Source of the DNA: Sphyrna mokarran | Lineage: Eukaryota | Length of the DNA stretch: 64,000 nucleotides | Direction of reading: 5' to 3' | NCBI GenBank assembly: GCA_024679065.1 | Contig: JAGIQG010000002.1 | Location: forward strand, 96,100,001 to 96,164,000 | Shown here: positions 1 to 13,678 of the stretch, piece by piece | Numbering within the stretch: position 1 is the first letter of the stretch | How the letters are laid out: each line of letters opens with the position of its first letter | Notes under the pieces: model-generated | Told to the model about the DNA's origin: nothing | What the model saw: only the letters and a program-made list of their open reading frames with translations | The model's database searches: none | Made by a program: the position numbers and the translations under genes

Positions 1-1633
1 TTCCAATGCAGCTCTGAATATAGAAAATCAGTATATTTCTTGTCACAGTGTAGAATTAAGCCCGAATTTAGCTAGAACCTAAGAAGATTCTATTTCCTGC
101 ATAGAAGGAATTGGGAGCATTTACAGCCAGATAATAGATTCGGAACCATAGCAAATGACGTGTAACGAAATCGAGATATATGTATTTGAAAGGAATGATG
201 CTGACAGGAATGATGTAGATTATTATGCAGTGGCAATTCAAATATGTGCTCGCTGAGCACTGTGTTATTTTCTCGATTGAAATGTAGGAATCCCGACCGC
301 AAATTAAGATTATCTGTTGCTACGCCACATAATTTTAATGGTTCACATGTGTTCGCAAGCAATTTAAAATAACAATATAGCAATCTGCTCTAAATACATC
401 GGGAAAAAAAAGATATACAGCAGCATCCAGAAATACAGAAGAGGCTCTGATTTCTGAACTTTAGGAAACTGTCGTTATAATTTAAATTTCTGTTAACATA
501 ATGCTGTAAGGCAACTGGTGTTTATTTGTAATCTATCTCTCTATCTGTCTATCTCTCTATGATTCTATGCTTTTTGATAATTGCATATTCACCAGATTAA
601 TTATCTTTATTTTAGTGCTCTTCCAGTAAACATCATTTGAAACTGCACTGTTTATAAATAGTTTACAGTCTAACAATATGATTCAATTGTGTTTTGTTAC
701 AAAAACATGCGGTAACATTTGAAGTTCGAACCATAATTATTTACTAATTCATGCTAAAATGTTTTCCTTTTACTTAGGTTTCTGTACTTTCTCCAGCCAA
801 GCTGGTTATGCAATGTTATCTGCATATTCTTCTGTAATAAAAGTAAATAAATATTTGGGGTAGTTTTTTAACAAACCTTGTGCATTAGTATAGGCGCTTG
901 GTTGATAAAATCTTTCTAATGTAACAATGGAACACACGAGTAATTGAAATGTTCAATATGCGGTTATAATATATTTTATTTACATACGTGTGAAACTGGC
1001 ACCGTGCAGTCGCAATGCCCCTGACTAACAATGTGGGGAGCCTTAAGGCCATTAGAAATGGTGAAATAAAGAACAAATTAAAACAGAAAAAAATCAATTT
1101 CCTCAGACATCTATTTCAAATATTAGGAAAATGAAATTTTGCATGTCCGGCGGAAATCTGAGATCAAACATTTGACTTAAATTAGCAGTTAACTTAGCAT
1201 TATTGAATTAGAAAAATATGAGTGAACACGCTGACTTTACTGGTAATCCGTTCAATTATATTGTATTTTCATCCACTCTTCACATCCTTCCATTTTGAAT
1301 GGCTGTTCTATTTCTTGCAGTCAAAGAGCAGTCCAGAGCGGTAATCCATTTCTGGCGTAGAATCTTTAATCCTGAAAAATATGTTTTTTTTTGCATGTTC
1401 ACATCTATTTACTATGTATATGTATATACTCGTTTCGTCTGATGGACAAAGCAACACGCAATTGATTTTAATGATTTAAACTTTACTTAAACTCTCAACA
1501 TTTTTATGCCGGTTCGGTCTGGCAAAATCTTTGATACCTCGGCTTTTCGGATGCATTTTGATGTTGAAAAAGTTTAGGATTCGGCTTAAACTCTCCGTGG
1601 AATGTCCACATTAGCGTGTAGTTCTGTTTTTAG

Positions 1634-1830
1634 GAATGTGGGGGACACATGGATAATGTGGATAGTTTAGTAGGTTTAGATCAAAGATTGCTCTTTAACG
1701 GGCAAGGGACGAATATAGTGCAATAACGGCCTGATAACCACCCCCGTTGGCGTAAAGTCTGTCTGCTTAGCACAAGGATTGTGACATACCAAAGGAGACG
1801 CTAGAGATCAAAAGAAAATAACATTTCCCA
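1634..1830 (+). pseudogene. Possible highly decayed Hox8-type homeobox remnant
   Basis: Acceptor-like ctgtttttag (1633), then one frame reading LDQRLLFN...LSTRIV..YQRRR*RSKENN followed by tttccca. Compare PG8 LEKEFLFN...[24 protein letters not shown]. It lies in the slot where Hoxa8 is missing. Weak evidence. Confidence 0.25.
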
Positions 1831-2954
1831 ATATTGGGGAAAATGGCAGGATCCCAGGCGGAAATGCAGAAAGATGTTTTGTTGCCACAAGCCTTTAATT
1901 TCGAAGTACCAGGTGCATCATTTGTAAGACTGCCTATCTATTGTAAACAGTGGGATTGCATTCCTCCGTTTAACACCGACAAATATGCCTGTTAACGTTG
2001 CACTTAAAAAAACAACCATTCCGCTGGAAAGCAACCAAAACCCTAAATAGAGCAACTGGACAATATGGAAGGAAATTGTGGATAACAGCTTCGAGACAAG
2101 TTGTGTGATCTAACGAGAGGACAGGGAGAGACAGAGAGAGAGAAAAAAGTTGTAAAACAGAAGGAGGAAATGATACTGGGGTAAATCCCCTGCGGGGTTC
2201 TAATCAGATTACCTAGCAACTCGAAAAGGTTCACGCAGAATAGTTGTTGGACTGAAATCCGTCTGAGGAAATGTGGAAGTTTTCAAAGTGAAATGGTGCA
2301 TTGCAGGAAATCAACACAGAAACATGCTTGGATGTTCAAAAAAAAATCCGCGAGTTGATAACATAAGCTCCCTAGCCATCCCGAGCGATGCTGCTGCTGC
2401 ATGTTTATTGTATCTTCAGTGAAACCGCACAGATTATTCTATAATCTAGAGGTTAAATGTGTATTGACCATTAATTCACCAGGGCTCCAGTTTCTCTGGT
2501 GTCGTACAGCAGCAACTGTACAGGGGACGGAGGGGGGGCGGGGGAGAAACAATGGGAGTAATCATTTCTTTTAAATGAAACGGTTTAATCTTTCCCGTTT
2601 TAGAGCAAAATGTAGAATGATCTTAGTCCAATGAAACTATTCAAGAAATAGTCCTATTGCTAAATGAAGGCAAATGTCTGCTTTATTATGTCCGTGTCAA
2701 CGTTTCATTACACTTCCAAATTCATCACACATCTTATTTTCAAAAATGTTGAATACATACCTGCGTTCCTACAACCTTCACATGCATGTGGGACATTGGC
2801 TTGCAAAGTAATATTGAGAAGATAGTTAACTTTTAAGGTTACACAACCTTTTCCATTTTAATAAGACTGCAAGAGATTATGTATGACTTTTGCACAATAT
2901 ATTTTTGAAAATAGTCGGATAACATGCTATTTACCACCTGTGATGTGGAATGCG

Positions 2955-3118
2955 ATTGGGCGGCTGGATCACATGGTCAAGTCACGTGGAAAGGAATAAG
3001 TCGGGCCGAAGGAAAATGGGTGTTTGGTGTAAATCGGGGGTGTAATGCTGCCATATATCACGCTATCTCGTAAAACCGACACTGAAGAGCCTTGGCCAAC
3101 AAATCACCAGACAAAATT
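2955..3118 (+). promoter_or_regulatory. Hoxa7 proximal promoter / conserved 5' leader
   Basis: ATTGG(2955)-N10-CACATG(2970), a second E-box CACGTG at 2983, TATA-like CATATATC, CTCGTAAAA (posterior Hox/Cdx site), immediately upstream of the ATG. Confidence 0.7.
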
Positions 3119-3512
3119 ATGAGTTCGTCGTATTATGTGAATGCTCTTTTTCCCAAATATACGGCGGGGACATCCGTTTTCCAGAACGCGAGTGGCTTTA
3201 CAGAAGCAACTTCTTGCGCTTTTGCTACCAACTCACAAAGATCCGGCTATGGAGCGGGCGCCAGCGCCTTCCCAGCCCCGATGGCCGGGCTGTACAATGT
3301 TAACAGTGCAATCTATCACGGTCCTTCCATGTACAACACAGGTTATAATCTAAATTCAGATTCCTACAACCTGCGCTGCTCTGCCTTAGACCAGAACATT
3401 CCAGTTCTTTGCAGCGATCTCAGCAAACAGGGTTGCGAAAAATTGGATCAGACAAACGTGCACCCTCAAGCAGAGAGCAATTTCCGGATTTACCCCTGGA
3501 TGAGGAATGCAG
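3119..3512 (+). CDS. hoxa7: Hox-A7, coding exon 1
   Basis: ATG 3119 gives MSSSYYVNALFPKY (PG7 N-terminus); hexapeptide IYPWMR; donor CAG|GTATGG at 3513, phase 1. Confidence 0.96.
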
Positions 3513-3660
3513 GTATGGGACATAAATGTAACATAGCTACGAGAAACGTGCGAATGACCAGTTAAAATGAGCGCCACTACATCCTGAAGGTAGTTAAGAG
3601 TTTTAATGATATCTGAGGAGCAGTTCCTCAAACGCATGTAGTATTGTATGCAGATAGCAA

Positions 3661-3706
3661 TCATAAAACTTTTATTGCACAATTAATCAGTACAATCCTC
3701 GTAAAA
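3661..3706. promoter_or_regulatory. Hoxa7 intronic HB-1-type homeodomain/Cdx site cluster
   Basis: TCATAAAACTTTTATTGCACAATTAAT...CTCGTAAAA: opposed TTTAT(G/T) Cdx/Hox sites in the intron, like the known Hoxa7 HB-1 element. Confidence 0.65.
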
Positions 3707-4453
3707 GCACTCGACTTCCGCTCCTTTATAGTTAACAGCAACTCACATATTGCTTGTTTACTCACTTTTATCAACACCAAATAAGAACTATTTTAAATGT
3801 TAAGCGGGAAAACTGTATATTCTCGATAAATGCAGAATGCTCTGTTCCAGTTCGAAAGTAGCTTTTACACATTAGGCTAGGCCCGTGGAATTGAAGATTT
3901 TTTTGCACCCCATGAGAGCTCTCTGGGCCCTTGTAAAGCTTCCCACCTCCCGCCCCACCCCTCCCTTTGTGGATGTAAGTTCGTGTTTAAAACGGGCCAC
4001 TTTAGGGCGATAATGTATGAGTTCTGACCATCAGAATGAACCTGGCGGGTTCATTTGCTGGCATTCAAATCTGACACGTTCGGGGTTGAAAGGACTTGCA
4101 CGCAGGCTTCAGGTTTTAGTTACCTGTCATTTCCGTGTCTGAAATGTTAACATCGGTGCTCTTTATCTTGGATGAAATAGCAATTTTGGGGTACCCGTTT
4201 GGATGTAAGTAAAGTTGAGAGCACAGAGTGATTGTCACTGAAACTTGGGATAGATCCTTGATTTTTAAATGCTTTGTCAGAGGACCGCAGTGAGATTCCA
4301 AAATGTCCATTCGCACCTTAAAGCAGACCATTGGCATCTGAATATTTTGTTTAGCCATAGATATTCCAATGAGTTATAAAAGAGTATAGGTAGGCGAAGA
4401 GGTAAAAAGGACATGAATAGATTGACAGGACTACTTGTATTTTGTATTATTAA

Positions 4454-4750
<297 letters not shown>

Positions 4751-4873
4751 ATCTCCCCCAATGAATGCTGAACTGTGCGAAGAAAGTTGTTCTTCAGCCG
4801 CTAATCATGACATTTGACGAGCAAACCACAATATTGGACTATTTCAGAAACACTGTGCATTAGCACTTATAAT

Positions 4874-5853
4874 ACTACCTATGCGTTTTAATAATCTCTG
4901 TCGAAATCATGTCTTTAGAATGTAAAGTTCACTGGTTTTGGGTGTCAGTCCAAAAGTATAGAATTCAGAATGTTTATCTGTATTAGGTAGGAATATAGGA
5001 ATTGGGTTCCGAATCTGTGCTTGAAGTAATTAAGGGGAAACGGAAGCATTTAGAACATTTGTCCGCAGGTGTTGTCTGAAAACAATAAAAATCGGAATGC
5101 TTGTTTTCTCAAGTTTAATTGAGAATCTCTCCCCACAATAATGAGATGAAAGTGAATGAAATTCGAAACCTTTATTCGCCGTCATTAAAATGAAGGGGAC
5201 TGGATTCAGAATCTGAATTCTCCAGTAGTACAACCAGCGGAACAATGATAGCCCATAGAACAGACTGTAACCATCCTTCTAATCTAAAATTCCATATGCC
5301 ACTGTTTTGTTCTAAAATATACCTGATGCACTGAGCTATTTCTCAGACTTATTTTACCTCTGCGATCATGTCTTCTTTATACATTTTACAGTATTCCTGT
5401 TTACTATTCACGAAATACAAACATACCGTGATAACAGAATCAGAGATCAAATACTTGAGCCATTCTAGCCCATATAGCAAGAGCTGACGGAAAACTTACT
5501 TGTCGAGTAAAATAGTTTATTTGTGTTCAATTTTTGCTTTTTTAAAACATTTCCGGCATTTGTTCTTAAGTACCAATAGCAGAATGAAGAAGATTTCTCT
5601 TTGCATATAGCAATGGAATGTAAACTACCTAAACCACAATTGTGGACACCTTGCACGTCTATGGAAACTACCTATATGTTTTAATTTAACATTCGTTTCT
5701 AGACACATAGTGTTGTTATGGGAGTCTTGACTTTTCGCACTTCTTCTAACAGTGCCCATAATATGAGAGTAAAAATGTGAAATATATTCTGGTGTTTTTT
5801 TAATGAGGTGCGTGTATAGCCACTTTATAACACTAAATAGTGATAACTACCTA
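4874..5853 (+). promoter_or_regulatory. Four miR-196 8-mer target sites in the Hoxa7 3' region
   Basis: ACTACCTA at 4874, 5624, 5667 and 5846; miR-196 5' end is UAGGUAGUUU. The 5624 and 5667 sites extend to AAACTACCTA and GGAAACTACCTA. Hoxa7 is an established miR-196 target. Confidence 0.8.
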
Positions 5854-7309
5854 GATACCGGTTTACATTTGAAGCGAATGGAATCGTTCCGTACTGTGCT
5901 TAAATACTATACTGTAAAGAAAAACAGAAAAATCGTAATGAGAGGGGGAGGGAATTGCATTATTTCTCCTCGATCAATGGCATTAAAATGTATAGTTGCT
6001 AAAGATTTCACAGAAACCATGTATTATTGAATGATGTAATTGTGTTTCTTTAAGTATGTTGTATCAGTTGTCTTATACATGTGTACTGTTAACTTATAAA
6101 ACTTTAAAAAAATCCAATAACCAAAAGTAATAATAGAAACTCCGAACTGCATCGTCGACTGGATATTTTGCAGTTCCATGTTCGGTGTGGTATCTTGTCA
6201 AGCGAAAGTTTTGCTTTGTAATCTGTGTACGTGTTGTTAAATAATAACCGATGTTAAAGGTTTAAGGTGCAATCTATTTAAAATACATATATTCGTTCCA
6301 ACTATGTATACTTTGAATGGAGTCTCTGTAGGCAAACAAAAATAAGAAACATTAAACGGTGCTTGGAAAACAAGAGTCTCACTTTCTTGCCTGAGTAGGC
6401 GCCACCAAATGAGTGGTTGCAAGATTTGTTATAAAGACAAGAATAACCTAATTAATAGCAGCAATTAAAAAACATCCTATTTTCAAAGTAACAATTATTT
6501 ACACACCGCAGCCCATTCAGTGCCTTTTAATCTGACTTCAATAAACAAATTAATCCATCATTTTTCTACGCTAAATGGGCAATTTTTATACTAATTAAAT
6601 TCGAATATGAGCACATTAATGCTAAGATTGAGCAAATCTTTATTATTATTGGCTAGCGTATATATCGATATATATTTTAAAATAGGACAAAATTCAAAAA
6701 CAAAATATTCGAATTGGGATGAAGATGAGCAAAAAAGTTCCCAGTAAACATTCAGGGTCGGATCGTGACCATTTCTATTTGAGAGCAGTATAAGGAAATG
6801 GGGAAAAAAGATAACACAGAGAAGATAGCCTAGTTGAGTGCTTAGTTTAATAAGAAACATAAGATTTCAAACGAGAAAAAAAACGAACCCAGTCGTTCTG
6901 CCATCGCAGAGCTTTGAACGAATTTTCGAGTAAGCGCACGTATTAATCGCTCCATAAGCGGTGCGGCGCTTAAATTTGCAGTTAGATCACATAAGATGGG
7001 CGAACTCATAGCCATTTTATTTGTTACTGTTGCATATCGAAATAAAAAAATGAGTAAACTCGAACAAATATCGATAGAATAGTTACGGTTATGCCTAAAA
7101 CAGAATTGATGCTTTACGACAACAGATTGGCTGGAGAAATAGAAAGATTTCTGTTTTTAAAAAAATCAAATTCCGTGATATTATCGTGATACGCGACTTC
7201 AGAAAAGGGAAAATCATTATTTTTTAAACTGTGGAAAAAATCTTAAATAATTTCACAATTTTAACTTGTGTCTTTGTTAAAAATGGCGTCTAAGACCTGC
7301 CTCCTAATA

Positions 7310-7475
7310 GTCATGGGGAAATGTCATAAATCCGTTGTTGTTTTATGAAAATTTACAACTTTGCAATAGAACTTTACGAGTTGTTCGGTTTTTCCATTGG
7401 CCACTGAAAGTCATGTGGAGTGTAACCGTGAACATGAACTTTTTATAATTTCCCTTGCGAGTATAGAGCTGCATT
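7310..7475. promoter_or_regulatory. Conserved non-coding element between Hoxa7 and Hoxa6 (four-cluster-sequence type)
   Basis: Dense CATAAA/TTTATG/TTTACG sites, ATTGG(7396)-N11-CATGTG(7412) and TTTATAA. Resembles the H8/7-6 element shared among Hox clusters (from memory). Confidence 0.65.
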
Positions 7476-10400
7476 CTTTTGCTAAACGCGTGTTGGTTCG
7501 GATGTGAGAGCTTGCGGGCTTTCTTCAACGCATATTTTGTTCTTTTTCCCCCCTCCCAGCGCTAGTGATTATTGCCCATGGAGCTTCAATGCATCCAAGC
7601 TTTCAGCACAGATCCCATGGCTGGTAGCTACGAATTCCTCCACGGAAGGTGGAGCATTGGATTAAAAAGAGCCGGCTCGGATCCGGAGGGCAGTTTCCTG
7701 CAAGTCGTCACCAAACGCCGCTGGCGGAATGCGAGAGCCATTGGCCGGGGGTGCAGCTGAACGGACAGCTGTCAAACTAGCACGGGCTCTGCACACACTG
7801 ACACTGGGGGCTCAGCAAATACCATACCCGGTCTGTGCAGAGCCCGGGACTGTCAGGCCGGGAGATAGACTCAGCAGCAAGGTAAGGCCCACTCGCTCTT
7901 CACAGTTTTCCAATTCTGCAAAATTCATTTCTTTAAAAAAATGCCTTCAAACAAAGTTATTGTAAGAGCCGCTCTTTAATGATCTTTGATTTGTCAAAGT
8001 TGAAGGATATGATGCAAAAAGTGTCGATCACCTTCGGAATGTGTTAAGTGTAGAATTGGTTGAGTGTCTATTGAAACTAATCTGACCGGTTTTTAGGGGC
8101 AGTTTTTAAATCTGTTTTTATTTTTGAAATATACTTGCTTTCAAAGTAGTATGAATAATGTTTTTGACGTTTTGCGTTCTGGTTGATTTGATCGAGAGCC
8201 GTCTTATTCGTTCAAAGTGTTTTGCATAAGGAACCAGATCACATTAAGTAAAACACAATCCTCGATTGCGATTTTAAATGTCATGTATGCCAAGGAATAC
8301 TGAAGGTGCGTCTTGTATTAATGCAAGTTTTTTCTAACGGGATGAAAAAAAAACACATTTCAGTTGCAAATAAATAATCTGCCGATTGCACCGACGGCGA
8401 CGACCCGTATTACACTGATAAAGTGATTTATTTTTTTTGAGTCGCCGTTCTTGCATTGCGTAAATTTCGTATCAGATGCGGTGTATTTTAACATCATTTT
8501 TATCGTTAGCTTCGAAACTTATCTGGGAACAAACAAATGTACATCGTGCATTGATGCTAATTAGCTGGCGTTTATCTAGGTGTCGTGATTGCAAGTTATT
8601 TGTGCTTATTTTGTGTGCTGATTCTGCTCAAGGATAAAACATAATCAAACACATCGTATTTCGGTTGTGAGCATGCAAATGTGTCTTATTGGTTTTATTT
8701 AACGCATAGATTGTTTTTCTGACACGAGACACTTAGCCCCGACTGACTGCGAATGTGTGTGTTCGCGTGGATATTGATATTTGCTCTCTTTTTTGAACTC
8801 ATTGCTGCCACCGTGCGTTTGGAGTGTTTGCGAACTTGCGTTGCTGCTGCATAGCGTCTCTCCTGGTCATGTGTTGCTGATGAAATGGTTGACTTGCATT
8901 CTTAAATTAACCATTCTATGTGTTGCTTTGTGGCCTTACTCAGTAGTCAACAATTTGCTTTCATAATATCAGGATTTACTGAATTTGATTAAAGTGGCAT
9001 TTGGAGGGGAAAGCCATTCTTTAGCTATTAAATGTCTGTAACTATGGGTTTTGCGCTTAGAAACCAATGATTACTCCCTGTACGATCAGTATATCACTGA
9101 GGTTGTACTGAGTCTTTGAGTGTAAAATTAGTATGGTTGCAATACGTGTCTGCAAATAGTTTTTTTTTGGCTCTCATCAATCGTAAATAAATAGTTAATA
9201 TTTATGAAAAAAGTGAGAAAGTAAAATATGCGTATTTATGATTAAGTAATTATATTTCTAAGTCATAGTTGACGATGCAGTCAGAAATATTAAACCCGTT
9301 CGCTTGAATCTACGAAGTCTCCTTGATGATATGTTTAAAACTGTAATAATAACCCATATTTGTGATATCAAAGAGTTTTTATAGCTATTGTTTTCTGGAA
9401 TAAGAGCGAAATAAACGTGAATTCGAATTTAACGAAGAGTTTGAATTAACCCTGAAATTTGAAATATATGCTAACACAATGTCGTCCATGAATCGAGCGT
9501 TTAAAGGATAGGCCCGTTTTCCGGTGTTAAAACATTGCAGACATATTTTCATCTCTTGAAGTGCAACTATGATTACCCCGAGACTGCAAATAATATTGAT
9601 CATTTAAACACATCAAGGAATGTGGTTCCGGAAGGTGTTATAGCTACTACAAAGCAATTAGAAGATTTACACTGTTTCCTTGTAATAGTTGTAGTTTCAA
9701 AAGCAGGATATGAGCACAGCTATAAGTAATATAAAAGACCAGATGGTTTCTAACTTGGAACAAGGCCTCGCAATTCACAATTTGAAAGAGGACATGTTAT
9801 TTCATCTCAGGAGAATGAAATCGGGTGGATGAGGTGTGTGTTTAAATGCTGCCATTTTGTAAAATCTTTCTTAATTAGTCAAATACACGAATGGCTGCAA
9901 ACTAAGTTCCAGTTTTGTTTCACCAGCCAAGGGAAATTGCATTTGCTGTTACTAATTAGGCTGCACCAGTCCTGATCACCAGAGGAACAAATAAGTCTTA
10001 AGCCAGAAAATTCCATCTTATTAACGATATAATTAAATCTAATTTATACACTTGTGGATTTTACAATATTGCAGCTTTCTTTGGTTTTATTCCCCTAAAA
10101 TGATTGGCATGCTCTTATTTCAACGATGCCAAAATTCAATGCCCTACATTTCAGCTTCTGTCTTTGACGATATTTTATTTTATATTATCATTAGGAAGTT
10201 TTTGCTGTCTGCACGGAAATGCAAATACGTCAACGGAAAGAATAAATCGCAACAGTTGTATTGTAATCTTTCGCAGGCCATTTCCTAATTAATCGGAATC
10301 TTGAGTGGAAGGACAATTAATTGGTGCTGTATTTTCTGCAGAAGCAAATTTACTTTCAAAAATGATTTCCAAAATATATGATCAAAGCACATTAGAGATG

Positions 10401-12800
10401 TAATGATTCAAATTTCTTTGTGTTGTTTTCCATCTCAGGGTTGAATACAGATCGAGTTGTTGTTTGATACCTTCTATTAGCTCCTTAGTAGCCATTTGCC
10501 CCAGTCTGTGTGTTCATGCTCTAATTATATTGCCTTGTTTTCTCCAGTTTTCCTGAGACACGATGCAGCAGCAGTTGTGAGTGATTATTAGTGATTCCAC
10601 CTAATTGGAAAATAATGACTGTGCTTTACACGTTGCCCCTTTGTTCATCTTTTAATATCACCTTTTGCTCATCTGTTTTTCGGTTATTTGCACCGTACCA
10701 ACTTGTGAGAAGATTCTCCATTATACGTGTGAAGCAGTTGTGGGGGCTTCATCATCAAACCTTCACTTTTGTGTCCTGGACGTGATGAATAAACGAAAAC
10801 CAAAGATAAAACGTAAAGAACGCATAAACAGCAAAGATGAAAAAACTTCGAATTTATTAAAATGCAAGGTACAATTGGGGGGAAAAAAAGCACACATTGC
10901 AATGCATAGTTAGAGGCTATAGGGCTGAAACTGAGGAAAGCGGCAAGCGTCGGCCTTAATAAGAGGGTTAGACACTGGCGTGTTCGTGCACGTTTTCCTC
11001 CATAATTGTGCTGCATTTATACTCACAATTCGAATAGAAAAAGGCTTTTGATTTCGATCAGCTTTCGGTTTGTTTTTTAGTCAGTCTATAATTGGGAAAG
11101 AGAGACAGGTATAAGATTTCAGGACTGAAAATTAACCCACTTGAGGCATTTTAACAACTTGCAATCAATGGGATAGCATCCATCCCAAATAAACATTTCT
11201 AACGTTTAAAAATATAAAATTGTCCGAGTACTAAACAACCGCATTCACCACTTCACCCTCATTCCTTATCATTGCCTCTAATTGGCACATTTCGACTTCG
11301 GTCATGGGTGCTGTAGCAATATTTATTTAAGTCCTTAAATATTTTCCCTGCAAAAATAAACACATATTCCTCATTAATATATATCTGTGTTGTTTGCAGT
11401 ACCCTTGGTATTTCAGTATGTGATGTAACCATTGTTGACAGGAAAGGAAAACTAACGAGATAATGAGATCTTTAGCAAGGAGCCTTTGGCTTCCGTCCTT
11501 CCACTACGATCTGATGCCGCGCTTAGGGCGCAGTAAATGCTCTGTTATTCCAAAACACAAATGTCTCCATTGAGATGTTCAAAAATGTCTAATTATTCCA
11601 AAAGAAACATTCCACTATTTTATGGTCGATAAAACCTTAACAGTGTGCAATTATGGAAAATCGAAGTTGGGATTTGGGGAATATTAAAGAATTTCAATCA
11701 TATGCAATTAAAACAACATTCTGATGGAAGGGAGCTACATACAGGCTTATCCAATATAAAGTCGAGCCCCTGCAGGTCGTTTGGCCGTTTAAACAAACCC
11801 GGTGAACGTTGGCTAAATACTTTTTTCTGGAAGTATTGTGGCGTTTGTGTACTAAATGCACATGTGTATGCATGCATGCTTTAATGAAGAGTGCTAGTGC
11901 AATAACAATTACTCCTACACACAATTACTATGAGATCCTTTCAAAGCTGAGATAACCGCGTTGCGCTCCACAGTTGGGATTTTCTTTATAAGAATATCAA
12001 AATTAAATCTATAAATCATTTCCCTGAATATATACTCTTGCTACCAGGTTATTTCTGTTTATTTTGCCAGTATAAATGTACTGAATACAACACTTAGGAA
12101 CCCTTGATATTGTGAGTCTCTGTAGTTGTAGACGCTATTGTTCTTTACCGAGTTGAAAATGGATAGATTCATATTATGGAGGGACTGATGTCTGATTATT
12201 CTCATCTAGTCTTCACAAGCTAGCAAATAAAATGTTGTGCTTGTAAGATGACATATAGAAAGGGAAAAAAGAATGAATAAAAATGCTCAATCCTTGCAAC
12301 GGTTATTTACCTATCTAAACTACTCTGTGAGTTTTCATAGAACGCACAGCTACAGAACTAGAGATTTGTTGATTTATTTCTACGTACCCTCTATTTTCTA
12401 TCATCTATCTTCTAATCACTGTTGATCCAGCTATTGTTGGATGCGTATTGCAGAGTCATATTTCCCTATGTGAGGTTATATGGAATAAGTATGTATAACT
12501 ATAGCCTGTAACCTAATAGTGCTCTTATTGGGTCACTAATATTCCATTAAAACCACCTCTGTTATAGTTCAGAACTGATTTGGTTGTTTGTAACTTTGCT
12601 AGCTCAGTCGCCGGATCTCCAGGGAGTTTTTTGAACCAAAGTCGGTTTCTATTGGCCAGAGACTGATCAGCTGGTTATATTTGCTGCTGTCGCTTTGGCG
12701 CTCGGCCATCCTGAAACAAACCACCTCGATGACTACTAATAGCTAAACCACATTGTGTACTAATACATAACAAATCATATTACTACAGAGTGTGGAGCAA

Positions 12801-13230
12801 ATGAGTTCGTATTTTGTGAACCCTACTTTCCCTGTTTCACTGCCCAGTGGCCAGGACTCCTTCCTCGGACAGATCCCACTCTATACAACGGGGTATGATG
12901 CTCTAAGGCACTTTCCTGCTTCCTATGGGGCAGCGACGCTCCAGGATAAGAGTTACTCGTCACCTTGTTATTATCAACAATCCAACTCAGTAATAGCTTG
13001 CAATCGAGCATCGTATGAGTATGGAGCTTCGTGTTTCTATCCTGAAAAGGATCTAACCAGTGTCTCGCCATCCGGTAGTGGAAAGCATAGAACCCAGGAT
13101 GACTTCTTTTCCTCAGACCAACATTACAAAACAGATTGTGCGCAAAACAAAATTTTAACTGAAGATGGAAACGACCGGAAGTACAGTACTCCAATTTATC
13201 CTTGGATGCAACGAATGAATTCGAGTTCTA
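12801..13230 (+). CDS. hoxa6: Hox-A6, coding exon 1
   Basis: [28 protein letters not shown] (Hoxa6-type start); [10 protein letters not shown]; donor GTGAGT at 13231. Confidence 0.96.
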
Positions 13231-13291
13231 GTGAGTATTTACAGTAAAAAATGGTAAATTAAACTTGACACATAGTTTCAACTTTACGTAA

Positions 13292-13678
<387 letters not shown>

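Noticed and set aside
2229-2245. GGTTCA-cgcag-AATAGT, resembling a DR5 RARE upstream of Hoxa7
   Set aside because: The second half-site does not fit RGKTCA.
3092-3118. N-terminal extensions given by the ORF track (TTG/GTG starts for Hoxa7, Hoxa6, Hoxa3, Hoxa2)
   Set aside because: Artefacts of allowing alternative start codons; the conserved N-termini begin at ATG 3119, 12801, 47167 and 54864.
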